From NCBI RefSeq assembly GCF_006345805.1, contig NC_043013.1:3782001-3846000 (forward strand): a DNA stretch of 64,000 nucleotides, read 5' to 3'. Below, piece after piece: positions 36,570-48,062 of this stretch (position 1 is its first letter; the number at the start of each line of letters is the position of its first letter). The translations under genes and the position numbers were made by a program. The notes under the pieces were generated by a model, which saw only the letters and a program-made list of their open reading frames with translations, ran no database searches and was not told the origin of the DNA. Origin of the DNA: Octopus sinensis (taxonomy: Eukaryota).

Positions 36570-37105
36570 GTCTATAATTCTAGTAATTTTCTTAATCGTT
36601 CCTCTCTCTCTTTCTGTGGTACGTTTGAAGTTCATTCCTCCTGTTTGTTTAATTGGCATAAACATCAAGTTATGACGGCAGTTACTGTTGTAGTCGAGTG
36701 ATTAAATAGTTTGCTTTTATAAACTAAAACCGTTCCGCCTAGATTCGCGGGTGTCTATTTAAGCTTCCCAACTTATATTCACCCAGTTGAGCACCATCAA
36801 TATAGTATTCATTCATTTTCTAAGACAGTTTTATTTCTTGATAATTTATAAAGTCATCTCTTCATTCCTGTTTCCGTTCCTAGCCATACCAACCATACCT
36901 GATGTCAACAACTGCTAAATATTGCGTGGCTTAACGAGTCACGGTCTTTAGTTCGACAGTGGCTGAGAAGGTGAGTACTCATTGGAATATTAGATACTAA
37001 ATTGTGCTAAATAGTCTATATTTTGTTTGTGTGGTACATTTGAAATCTATTTTTCAGATTTGTTTAAGTCATGGCACCGACTACCTTCTATCCTTTGTTC
37101 ATTCT

Positions 37106-37339
37106 TGTTTCTTTATTGCCCACAAGGGGCTAAACGTAGAGGGAACAAACAAGGACAGACAAACGGATTAAGTCGATTACATCGACCCCAGTGCGTAACT
37201 GGTACTTATTTAATCGACCCCGAAAGGATGAAAGGCAAAGTCGACCTCGGCGGAATTTGAACTCAGAACGTAAAGGCAGACAAAATACCGCTTAGCATTT
37301 CGCCTGGCGTGTTAACGTTTCTGCCAGCTCGCCGCCTTA
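37106..37339 (-). mobile_element. SINE family A, full length, 8-bp TSD
   Basis: TSD TTCATTCT at 37098-37105 and 37340-37347; family A body. Confidence 0.92.
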
Positions 37340-37915
37340 TTCATTCTAACTGCGACATGACGTCGCTAACTCATTACGCACATTCCCATTCGCAGAAAAA
37401 AATTGCACTGGGATAAATATAAAGAATTCTATTGTTAGTAAATAGACATAGATATCAACACAGAGAATATTGGTGGAATATTCCCAACGAAACTTCTACC
37501 GAGGGCAATCATAACAGGACTGATATTGCGTTTTGGGGACAGGAAAAGAAATACCATGTACAGTGAAAGAAATTAGTTGCTCTGTAAACATCTCTTCCAA
37601 AATCAGTGTGAAGCAGAATATTTATGGATAATTGCTTCGAAACTTGCTAAGATTTTGGGGTTTACATGCACTTTACAGATACGATCTGAACCTGGAATAC
37701 TAAAGTATGCAGGATTTTTTTAACGTTTAATTATGTAACACTTGTCATTGTTTTTATCCAAATTCCAACGATGGACCTCTTGTTCCTTTGTTAGAAAACC
37801 ACAACTTCTTTCTAAAAAGAATTATAATAATAAGAGACGTACATATATACATACACACATGCGCACACATACACATAAATATGTATGAAAGTGCATAAAA
37901 TGAAGGTATCACTGC

Positions 37916-38142
37916 GGCGAGCTGGCAGAGTGGTTAGCACGCCGGGCGAAATGCTAAGCAGTATTTCGTCTGCCGTTACGTTCTGAGTTCAAATTCCGCC
38001 GAGGTCGACTTTGCCTTTCATCCTTTCGGGGTCGATAAATTAAGTACCAGTTACGCACTGGGGTCGATATAATCGACTTAATCCGTCTGTCTGTCCTTGT
38101 TTGTCTCCTCGGTGTTTATCCCCTTGTGGGTAGTAAAGAAAT
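37916..38142 (+). mobile_element. SINE family A, full length, inverted relative to 37106
   Basis: GGCGAGCTGGCAGAGTGGTTAGC...GTTCAAATTCCGCCGAGGTCGAC; imperfect TSD GGTATCACTGC / GGTACCACTGC. Confidence 0.92.
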
Positions 38143-38754
38143 GGGTACCACTGCGATATTTGTTCCGGATCTTTGCGTTCTTGGTTCAAATTTCTCCTAG
38201 GTTAACTTTTCCGGGTTGATAACTAAATTCCAAGTTCAGTGTTGGTGTAGGTCTCTCTCTCTCTCCCACCAGCTTTCACATTCATTCACTCACACTCATT
38301 CACTCACTCATTCACTCACTCACTCACTCACTCACTCACTCACTCTCACACACGCATAAGCATTATTACATATTTCTTGTACAGCAATGAAAGTCAGGTT
38401 TTTTTTAAAGGGAATAGTTGAAGAGAGGATGTGACAGTCACGTGATTACAAATATTAGTGATACATGAGGAAAGAAAAGCAAACATACAACTAGAAATTC
38501 AAACTTTTAATGGATTACCTTTGCACGATGTCGCTTATCACAAAGTCAAACAAAAAGTGTTTGTAATAAAATGTTAAACACTTCTTCGAAAATGAATATC
38601 TTCCATTTGAAATACCGGCCACACACACAATTTTTATTTTTAAATTTATCTGGACGTAAGAAAAATGTAAATATATATCTAACCGTATTTCAATCATATT
38701 TAAATATTCATACGTATACACACGCTTACATGCACGCCACATGTCTGCGAAGCT

Positions 38755-39225
<471 letters not shown>

Positions 39226-39659
39226 TTGCCTAGCCATCTGTTTGTTTGTCTTAACCGGAACTTACCTTAGTTCTACACTGCTTGTATCACCAAATCGTGT
39301 TCGTAGAAAAACGAAGAAAAGACGAGGATATATTTCTAGACAGGTTTAATTCATATAAAGATACACCACTGTCTGATTGTTCAGTAGAAGTTGGGAATGT
39401 TTTCGAAGAGGTTACAAACCAGCTACAGCAAGCGACAAGCCAAAACATTTGAAACAGGGACAAGAGCAGGTGAGAAATCAAGAAATAGAAATCAGGTGGT
39501 ATAGAAGGCTGTTGTTATTGCTGTTGTTGTTGTCGTTGCCATTACTGTTGTTGATATTAATGTTCTTCTTCATGTTGGTTGCTGTTGTAAGAAAAAAAAA
39601 TGCGGTGCGCTGGTGCGATAACATGCCACTGCTATTCATGAAGAAAATGGTGTTAGTTG

Positions 39660-40120
39660 TAATAATTTTAAGAACAATTTGGTGATGGTTGTGATAATGT
39701 TGGTTATAAGCAATATGGAGGTGGTTGTTGTGATAATATTGGTTATAAGCAATATGGAGGTGGTTGTTGTGATAATGTTGGTTATAAGCAATATGGAGGT
39801 GGTTGTTGTGATAATGTTGATTATGATCAAAATGGAGGTGCATGTAATAATGTTGATTATGGAGAAATGGTGGTGGTTATTGTGATAATAATGATTATGA
39901 ACAATTTGGTGATGGTTGTGATTATGTTGATTATGAGCAATATTGAGGTGGTTGTTGTGATAATGTTGGTTTTTGTGAAAAAAATGGTGGTTGTTATTGT
40001 GATAATGCTGATTATAGGGAAATGGTGGTGGTTGTTATTGTGATAATGTTCCTTATAACCAGAATGGAGGTGGTTATTATGATAATATTGATTATGGGGA
40101 AATGGCGGTGGTTATTGTAA
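39660..40120. repeat. 39-bp minisatellite with degenerate flanking copies
   Basis: ATAATGTTGGTTATAAGCAATATGGAGGTGGTTGTTGTG about 3 near-exact copies (39693-39810), then diverged 35-39-bp copies. Confidence 0.88.
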
Positions 40121-41778
40121 TAATACCGATAATGGTCAAATTAGTTGATTATGATAATTTAAACGACGAATTTCCAGAAATAAGGCAAATCTCAGTTTAG
40201 CAGAAGAAAAGAAAGCTGAGATATTGAGATGATATATTTCTCAACAGGTTAGGTTTGCAATAAAGTAAATCGACACCAGCGAAGAATCGAAACCGGGTCG
40301 GAGATTCGACTCTCGAGTGTAACTATACAGTATTGGGCTCTCTTTCAAACTGTGTTTTTTTTCTTTATTGTTGTTGGTGCAGCTTTAGTGAGGCTTTTGA
40401 CTATTGTTGTTGTTGTTGTTGATGACAGCAACAACAACGACGACGATGATAATGGTGATGATGAGGACGGCGACGGTGATGATAACATTGGAGAAGACCA
40501 GTGTCATCTTATGTTGTTGATAATATTGCTGTGTATGGAATTGATTGTGGTAATTACAGTGCGGTCGATGTTAATGACTTCGACGATGACAACGTCGACG
40601 TCTACGACGAGACAAGACAGCGAAGGGGACGGCGATTATGAAAGATGGCATTAATGCTATTACTAATAAAGTTCTTATTAATAGTTCTTATTGATGTTGT
40701 TGTTGCTCTTGATATCGTGCAGGTTAGTTTTATCGGTGTTATTGTTGCTATTGGTCTTATGTTGCTATTGCTTTTGTTTAGCCCAGGGTTAATCCAGGCT
40801 CATCGAAAGCGTTCTAACCATGACGAACCCGTCTTTTACTTTCAGACAGAGAGCATCTTGAACTACATTATTCGCTGTTCTAGATTAAAGCAAGAAGGTA
40901 GTATAAGAAGGATATTTGGCTGCTTTTTCTAGCAAACGAGTGCTACCCACAGACTTCCCTCTTTTGCTGTTGTTATCGTGGCTATTATTATTATTATTAT
41001 TATTGTTGTTGTTGTTATTTCTGCTATGTTGTTGCTACTAGTATTGTTATTATTTGTGGCGACACTTAGTTTTATTTAGGATTTATCTCTCCTTGTGCTT
41101 GCATGCATGATGTGTGTGTGTGTGTGTGTGTGTGTTGTTTGTATTCTGTTTTCAGATGATTCTTCCAGGAGGAAGAAACTATCAACAACATCAACAGCAA
41201 CAACACAACAACAACAACAACAAATAATAAGCAAAAAAAACAAACAAACAAAAAAAACAAACAAACAAACAAATCACACACAAAAAAGAAAAAAAAACCA
41301 AAACGAAAAAAAAAAAAAACAGTGACCACCCAACAGCATCAGTCGCGCAGCAAGAAGAGCTACAAGAACGTGAAGAACAAAAACAAAATTAACAAGAACA
41401 AGAAGAATCTCAAAGATGATATAATACAGTTCTGGAATGTTGTGAAAAGTTCAGTTTTACAGTCAAATATTTTTGCAGATTGCCTGGAAGGGAAGAGAAA
41501 ATGGATCGTGGTGTTTATGAATTTAGAGCTTGAAAATAAGAATCAAAAACAGTGTAAGGCGAAAACTTTCAGTAATACAACGATAACGCCAGGTTTACAG
41601 TAAAAATGTAGGACGAAAATATAAATATAATAAAATGGTGCAAAGGCCGGGGTTTGGGGGTCAGGCACTAGGAGCCCGGGGGACCTTCATTCACCTTTTA
41701 TTGTCCACTATACTTTTATTGTTTTTCGTCTTTTCTTTTATTGCTTCATAGTGCATGGATGTATGTGCGTGTGTGTGT

Positions 41779-41817
<39 letters not shown>

Positions 41818-42065
41818 TGTGTGTGTGAAGTGTTGTACAAGTCTTATTGGACCTAAAAATTTTAGGTTGCGCCATCGCGGGCGAGGCGACTTTCCGATGC
41901 TCGTCCGAGTAGGAGGGCGCTGCTGCGCAAGTATGGAAGTTGCGGGTGGAAGCACCTGCTTTAGGTGCAATGAACACATGCATGCACGGGCATTGCTGAC
42001 ATTGCTGAGTGGGCAATCGTCAGTGATGGTCATCCTTGGTCACGAGTGGACAGTCATCGTATATG

Positions 42066-42134
<69 letters not shown>

Positions 42135-42228
42135 ATGTAGGTAGGTATGCATGTATATTTGTATATGTATGTATATATATATATATATATTATATACATA
42201 TACATATATGTATCAGCATAACAATAAT

Positions 42229-42265
<37 letters not shown>

Positions 42266-42486
42266 ACTATAAATATACGTATACACGTGTATGTGTGTGC
42301 GCATGCGCGTGTATACGTCATAAGAGACACATGCATATACTTATGCAAATGCACATAAGGAAAAGTAATTACAAATTAGTGGATACAGGGAAGTGAAAGT
42401 GTACTCAATACAATGAAGTAGAGTGGAGTAATTTTTTTATTTAAAGATGTACTATCACAGCTCGCAACTTTGCGTTTCTCCCTGCC

Positions 42487-42500
42487 GTTGTCATGGCAAC
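42487..42500. promoter_or_regulatory. RFX X-box-like palindrome
   Basis: GTTGTCATGGCAAC is a 13/14 match to GTTGCCATGGCAAC and fits GTHNYYATRRNAAC; lies in a CpG-containing non-repeat patch. Confidence 0.45.
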
Positions 42501-42965
42501 GCGAAACTGGGAATAGCGATCTGTGAATGGACTAAACGGAAAATATATTGCATATAAGTATGTTATACGTTTAATGAACCACTTTGGTTTCAGTTGTCTT
42601 AGTGTTGTAACTAATAATATTATTATCGACGTCTCACAGTGGCTTCTAAGTTTCATCCAGTCCTGTCAGACCCTCTCACGCGCACGCACAAATCTACGTA
42701 TTTATTTTCCTGTAGCAATGCTTTTATATCTGGTATCTATATAATATTAGACTTTTATGGTTAGCCTTCTTTTTCATTTGAGCCATTCTTCGTTGCTTTC
42801 ATCCAGTATTATTTCGTGTTCCCTTTATTTGTTTCTTTGTTTGTTTCTTTCTTCTCATTTACCACCTCCTGGCTAATTTATTTGGGATTTAAACACTCTT
42901 TGATGTCTGAACCCCACCTCTCTCTCTCTATTTATCTGTCTGTCTGTCTCTCTTTCTGTATATAT

Positions 42966-43057
<92 letters not shown>

Positions 43058-43085
43058 CACACACACACACACCACACACACACAC

Positions 43086-43164
<79 letters not shown>

Positions 43165-43400
43165 CTTTATTGAACAGCAGCAGAAATTCAACAAAACCTG
43201 TTACTCGGAGTTTCACGTTCCCGTTCGTCGGACAGTTTTTGTTAATATTTTAACAAAACTGTCCGACGAACGGGAACGTGAAACTCCGAGTAACAGGTTT
43301 TGGTGAATTTCTGCTGCTTTTAAATAAAGCATATTACTCTACCCCTGGTATTTGAGTACTCTTTTTCTCACCTTGTTTCACATTTATGTGTTTACTCCGG
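43165..43400. ncRNA. Fold-back element with a minimal type I hammerhead-ribozyme-like motif on each strand, embedded in (TA)n
   Basis: About 80-bp inverted arms 43165-43245 / 43249-43329. Plus motif 43255-43301: AAAACTGT-CCGACGA-ACG GGAA CGT-GAA-ACTC C GAGT-A^-ACAGGTTTT. The left arm is the same motif on the minus strand. Confidence 0.75.
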
Positions 43401-43414
43401 CATATATATATATA

Positions 43415-43502
<88 letters not shown>

Positions 43503-43885
43503 TATATTTAAATATGTAGAAGGTTACACGGGGCCGAGGGGGAGACGAATAACGAGATAGTTGGCCGATATTCATAGTCTCAGTTGGTCATGCTTCGGAA
43601 TCTTGCAGGGAGGTGTAGTGACAGTTGCTTCTGAAAGGACCCTATGGAGGCAGTGCCTGAGGACTCTGCCTCCATGACCCTCTCAGGAATAGCGCGGGGA
43701 AGACACACACACACACACACACGCGATGTATAAGTTTTTTAATTACTGTTGTGAAGCTACACCAGTGATAAAGTGCTTACAGGTTTGTGCCTATGTTTTG
43801 AGTCATTGATGTAGCTTATCAGGTGTAGTAAATTAAGCACTCTACTTTATGTATTGAATTCCATTTCTCCCGCTCATGTAAACAA

Positions 43886-43923
<38 letters not shown>

Positions 43924-44596
43924 CACACACACACACATACACACACGCACATATATATATATATATATACACGCATAAACTTGGGTGTATTTGTATGTGG
44001 GTATTTTTATGTATGGATGAATAAAAGGCGAATAAGATCAAAGTTTTTTTTCATAACAATAAGCAAAATGGTTTTTCTTTTTTTTTCATTTTCTCGTTAT
44101 ATATTTCAATATTCTTTGATTGAAGGATATTTTTAGCTTAAAATGACTCTTCTATTTCAACACAAATCTTTCTTGCTTCACAGACATTAATTTGGTGAAT
44201 TAGAAACACGTCTAAGTTTGAATGTTTAGGCTGTCTTTTTTTTTTGTTAGCATTGGCGAAGCTTTTGTTCTTGTTGTTGCTGTTACTTGTAGGACGGCTT
44301 TGTTCTTGTGTTTATCAGCTATTGTAGTCCAAATATCGATGCAATTCCCACAGAATTTTCTCTTGAAAAAATGTCTTTGCTTTAGCAAAATTAAAGCTAC
44401 ACCAATGCAGAAAGTAAATGAAAGAATTGTGTTTATGTGTTTAGATATATGCATGTATGGACGTATGTATGTAAATATGCATATATTGACATATGTATGC
44501 ATACAAATATGCATTTATGTAAATACGTAACTATTTATAAATGTACTTAAGTATGTACATGTATATGTTTGGGTATTGTATCCCTCTGTATGTACG

Positions 44597-44602
44597 TTTA
44601 TT
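44597..44602 (-). promoter_or_regulatory. Candidate hh polyadenylation signal (AATAAA)
   Basis: Plus TTTATT = minus AATAAA about 590 nt after the stop, in unique sequence; AT-rich context makes chance matches likely. Confidence 0.3.
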
Positions 44603-44934
44603 TTGTGAGTTAGGTATGAATTAAAACAAAAAAGTGAATAGTCAAAGATCCAAGGAAACAAAAATTTCTGCTAGGATGTAAAATTAAGGAATCAGTCAGA
44701 TATATAAAACAAAGGAATTAAAATAAACGTTAAGATATTTTGAACAGTTTTTCATCCTTTATATCATTTAGTCCTTCCTTTCCTTTCTGTCGTTTTCTGG
44801 TGTCTTACTATCTGATCTTCAGCCCTCTCTTGCAGCGTCGAAATTTTTGGCATATTTCATTGTTATTTTTACATTTCATCTCATTCATTACATTTCAATG
44901 TAAATAATAATAATAAATAATAATAATAATAATA

Positions 44935-44974
<40 letters not shown>

Positions 44975-45017
44975 TAATATAATAATAATAATAATAATAA
45001 TAAAAATTATTATTAAT

Positions 45018-45048
<31 letters not shown>

Positions 45049-45080
45049 GAAATTATTATTAAATAATAATAATAATAATA

Positions 45081-45128
<48 letters not shown>

Positions 45129-45193
45129 TAAAAATAAAAAATAATAGTTTTCTCTCTCGCTTCGATACTTTTTTAAAATATATCTTATAATTA

Positions 45194-45885
45194 TTAGTCA
45201 TTCATGTATAATAATGTTCTATCCATGAATAGAGGAGCGATCTTGTATAAAAGTTTTGCATACCAATGGATGCCATCGATGGCATATGAGGCCAATGGAC
45301 TGTCAGCCCAGGATACAAAAGGGATGTGACTCGTTACCTGGTGGAGTCCTCGTAAGAAGAAAAACGACGCATGCGCAATGTAATCGCTGTTTATGAACGC
45401 ATAGCAAGAGACGACAACGCCATCGACGATGATGTTACCAGCTTTTGTAAGCGGTGCCACAACACCTTTCTCTGAGACAGCTGCTATTTTCTTTACTCGG
45501 GAAGCAAACAATCCCGCCGTTCCGTCCGTTGTCATAACATAATCTCCAATCTGGACCTGGTCAGCATATGTAGCTTCGAACTCAGAATCATTGTCATTCA
45601 GGTCAAACCGTGTTCGATTTGTGTAAGAGGAATAAATTAAGTGCTTTCCAGTCAGTCGAATTGTATGGCCGTTCTCTGTTTCAATTCGGTGAAAGTAGCC
45701 ACTAGAATCTTTATTGGTGTCCAAAAATGCTATCACTTCACTGTAAGTTAACTCGCCTTGAAGGTCGACCGATAAAACACTGTCACCAACTTTTAACTGG
45801 TCCAGGGCTATGGTGCCTTTGTTTCGAACGACGACTTTGCCTGTTTTTGGGAAGCATCCTCCATAGTGGGTAGTATCAAGAGAAT
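45194..45885 (-). CDS. hh: Hedgehog terminal coding exon: end of Hh-N, autocleavage site, Hint domain and sterol-recognition region
   Basis: Translates as (D)SLDTTHYGG|CFPKTGKVVVRNKGTIALDQLKVGDSVLSVDLQGELTYSEVIAFLD...RLTGKHLIY...GVVAPLTKAGNIIVDGVVVSCYA...GIHWYAKLLYKIAPLFMDRTLLYMND*. Has the catalytic Cys (codon 45856-45854), TxxH motif, FLD Asp and C-terminal SRR. No stops over 692 nt; phase-1 acceptor at the position of the last hedgehog intron. Confidence 0.97.
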
Positions 45886-45900
45886 CTGAAAATATATAGA
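45886..45900 (-). promoter_or_regulatory. 3' splice acceptor of the last hh intron
   Basis: Minus strand reads tctatatattttcag|ATTCTCTTGAT; the AG falls exactly where Hh similarity begins. Confidence 0.9.
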
Positions 45901-46199
45901 CAAATTTATCTTTATTCAGATGAAGTAAAACAGCATGTTTCTAATGGACATAAATAAAAGTTCAATGTTATAAATCAGTTAGAAAAGAACCTAATTTGAC
46001 ATAAAAATTCTTATCCGGAATATGCTCACAAAAAGATATCAAATGTTGGTGACGGAAAGCACAAAGACGGGTATGAGCAATTAGAATATCCGACCCTTCA
46101 ATAGCTTTACAAGGACTAATGTCTTCACTACTGCGACCAACACTTACTCAGTTACTACCATCACTCAAATAAATATCTGTAGGTAATATTGTCAACCAT

Positions 46200-47060
46200 T
46201 TAGCATGTGAGTCTAACAAGATGGCGCAATAAACGTTACAAAAGAAGATACGATAGAATAGAGAAAAAAATACAGAATTTTGTAGGAAATTTGAATTCCA
46301 AGTCGATGTTAAACGGTATCATAACTTCTCAGAATCTGGTATCGAAAATGATTATTGTAAGACTATGCTGGATATATGACCATAATAAAGGACAAAAGAA
46401 ACTAAGGTCATTGATGTTTCTGTATGATAGAAGAGTTGGTGCAAAAGGATTTAAAAGTATCTGGACGTGGTGTGAGAACTTCAGAACATCTGAGTCACGC
46501 AACCGATATTAAGAGTTGCTATTTATTCAATGCTACAAGAGAAGTAGAATTAACACTGAAAGCAGCTGTTTATGAGATTAATACATTGGAATTCAGACAC
46601 CGCTAGCAAAACTTATTCAACCGCCGAAATCCGGAAATACTGTCGGAGCACAAACTTATGTAGTGTTTGAGCACATTGCTGACTAGTGGAGTTGTATTGA
46701 TATGTATGATGGGCCCGACTATCGGCCAAGTCTATCGTGAAGATCGCCCCACCACTCCATTTTAATAGAACAAGCCACACAGCTTTCCTCTGTTCTGAGG
46801 CTATGGTGAAAGAGGCAGAAAGGATTGAAGACAAATAATTACTCATCGACTTTTTAAAGTTTCATTTGAAAAAAGAAAATGAAGGCGGAGAGGGAACTTC
46901 TCTCCTCTAGCTGATGATGAACAAAAAATAGAGTGAATTTAATTACCCTAAACATGTGCCAATAGATCGAAGAGCAACAGTTGGGAGAAGACATGTACCC
47001 TTGGTGTCGGAATGATCTTGGATCATTGGGATTCCTTCAGTGACTTTATTTGGAGACTCT
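46200..47060 (+). mobile_element. Tx1-like LINE 3' relic in the hh intron
   Basis: SIVKIAPPLHF...LIDFLKFHLKKK, matching the 3300-3370 motif. Confidence 0.55.
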
Positions 47061-47436
47061 TGTACATTAGAAGAACGATATCCTCCATCTGTTCAAACGC
47101 GTTGTGGCATTTGTTCCGACGTCTTTACGTTCTGACTTGAAATCCTCCCGAAATCAACATTGTTTTTTCTTCCATTCGAGTCTCTAAAATTAAGTACCTG
47201 TCAAGTATTAGTGTCGATGTTATCCACTAACACACCTTCTTCGAAAATTTCTGGCCTTGTACTTATTTTGTAAACAACAACACGACGACGACGACGACGA
47301 CGACCACCACCACCACCACCACCACCCACAGCAGCAGCAGCAACAACAACAAGAACAACAAGAACAACAACAAGAACAAGAACAACAAGAGCAACAACAA
47401 CAACAATAACCACAACAACAACAGCAACAAATATCC

Positions 47437-47980
47437 TGATGCAGTACTAGGCAGTGGCTCTCGTGGCTTCTGATCTTAACTGATTGGAAGTGTCATCATG
47501 TACATGTTTAGTCTTGGTATAAAAGATGGGCTACAGCAAATATTCTGCTCAATACCACAGATTCTCTTGTCAGTTGTCTGACGTTAACCAGTTGACCATG
47601 TCCCTTGGTGGCTGACGATATATGCATCCCTGATCATGAGCAGAATTAGTGGGGAAGCATCCTAGCCATGTGTTGAGACGAATTGTTTAGGGTTTGAATA
47701 AATCACCTCTGGAAACATGGCTCTTTCATTCATCATCCTTAAACAGACCTTATTCAGGCACCTTTTGAGTGGGATGGGCTACTCGATCTGAAGAAAATTC
47801 TAACTGGGTTTCACCTGCAAGGTCATGCACTATTTATCTTGATATGAGATCACCACGTCGCGCACATATGGTTGTGAGGCATGTGCTTGGTGTATCTTTA
47901 TCAGACGGGTAGTCATGATGAGTATATCAGGCTTCACGAATTTGTACCCCAGTGTCACTTTGATGGAATGCGCAGATCTC

Positions 47981-47982
<2 letters not shown>
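47437..47982 (+). mobile_element. Unclassified non-coding interspersed-repeat-like segment between (AAC)n and (AAT)n
   Basis: No ORF; ends CTCTT(AAT)n like the RLE-element termini; 47776-47814 recurs inverted at 51272-51310. Confidence 0.45.

Positions 47983-48060
<78 letters not shown>

Positions 48061-48062
<2 letters not shown>

Noticed and set aside
36884-36970. Apparent 87-nt exon with strong acceptor (TTCCGTTCCTAG) and donor (AG|GTGAGT)
   Set aside because: All three frames contain stops and no partner exons were found; could only be non-coding or chance.
39660-40120. CRISPR-like array
   Set aside because: Units are contiguous without unique spacers, in eukaryotic DNA with no cas genes.
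45194-45856. Hint domain as a mobile intein
   Set aside because: No C-terminal His-Asn splice junction or homing endonuclease; it has the GG|CF site, a sterol-recognition region and the hedgehog intron position, so it is ordinary Hh-C.
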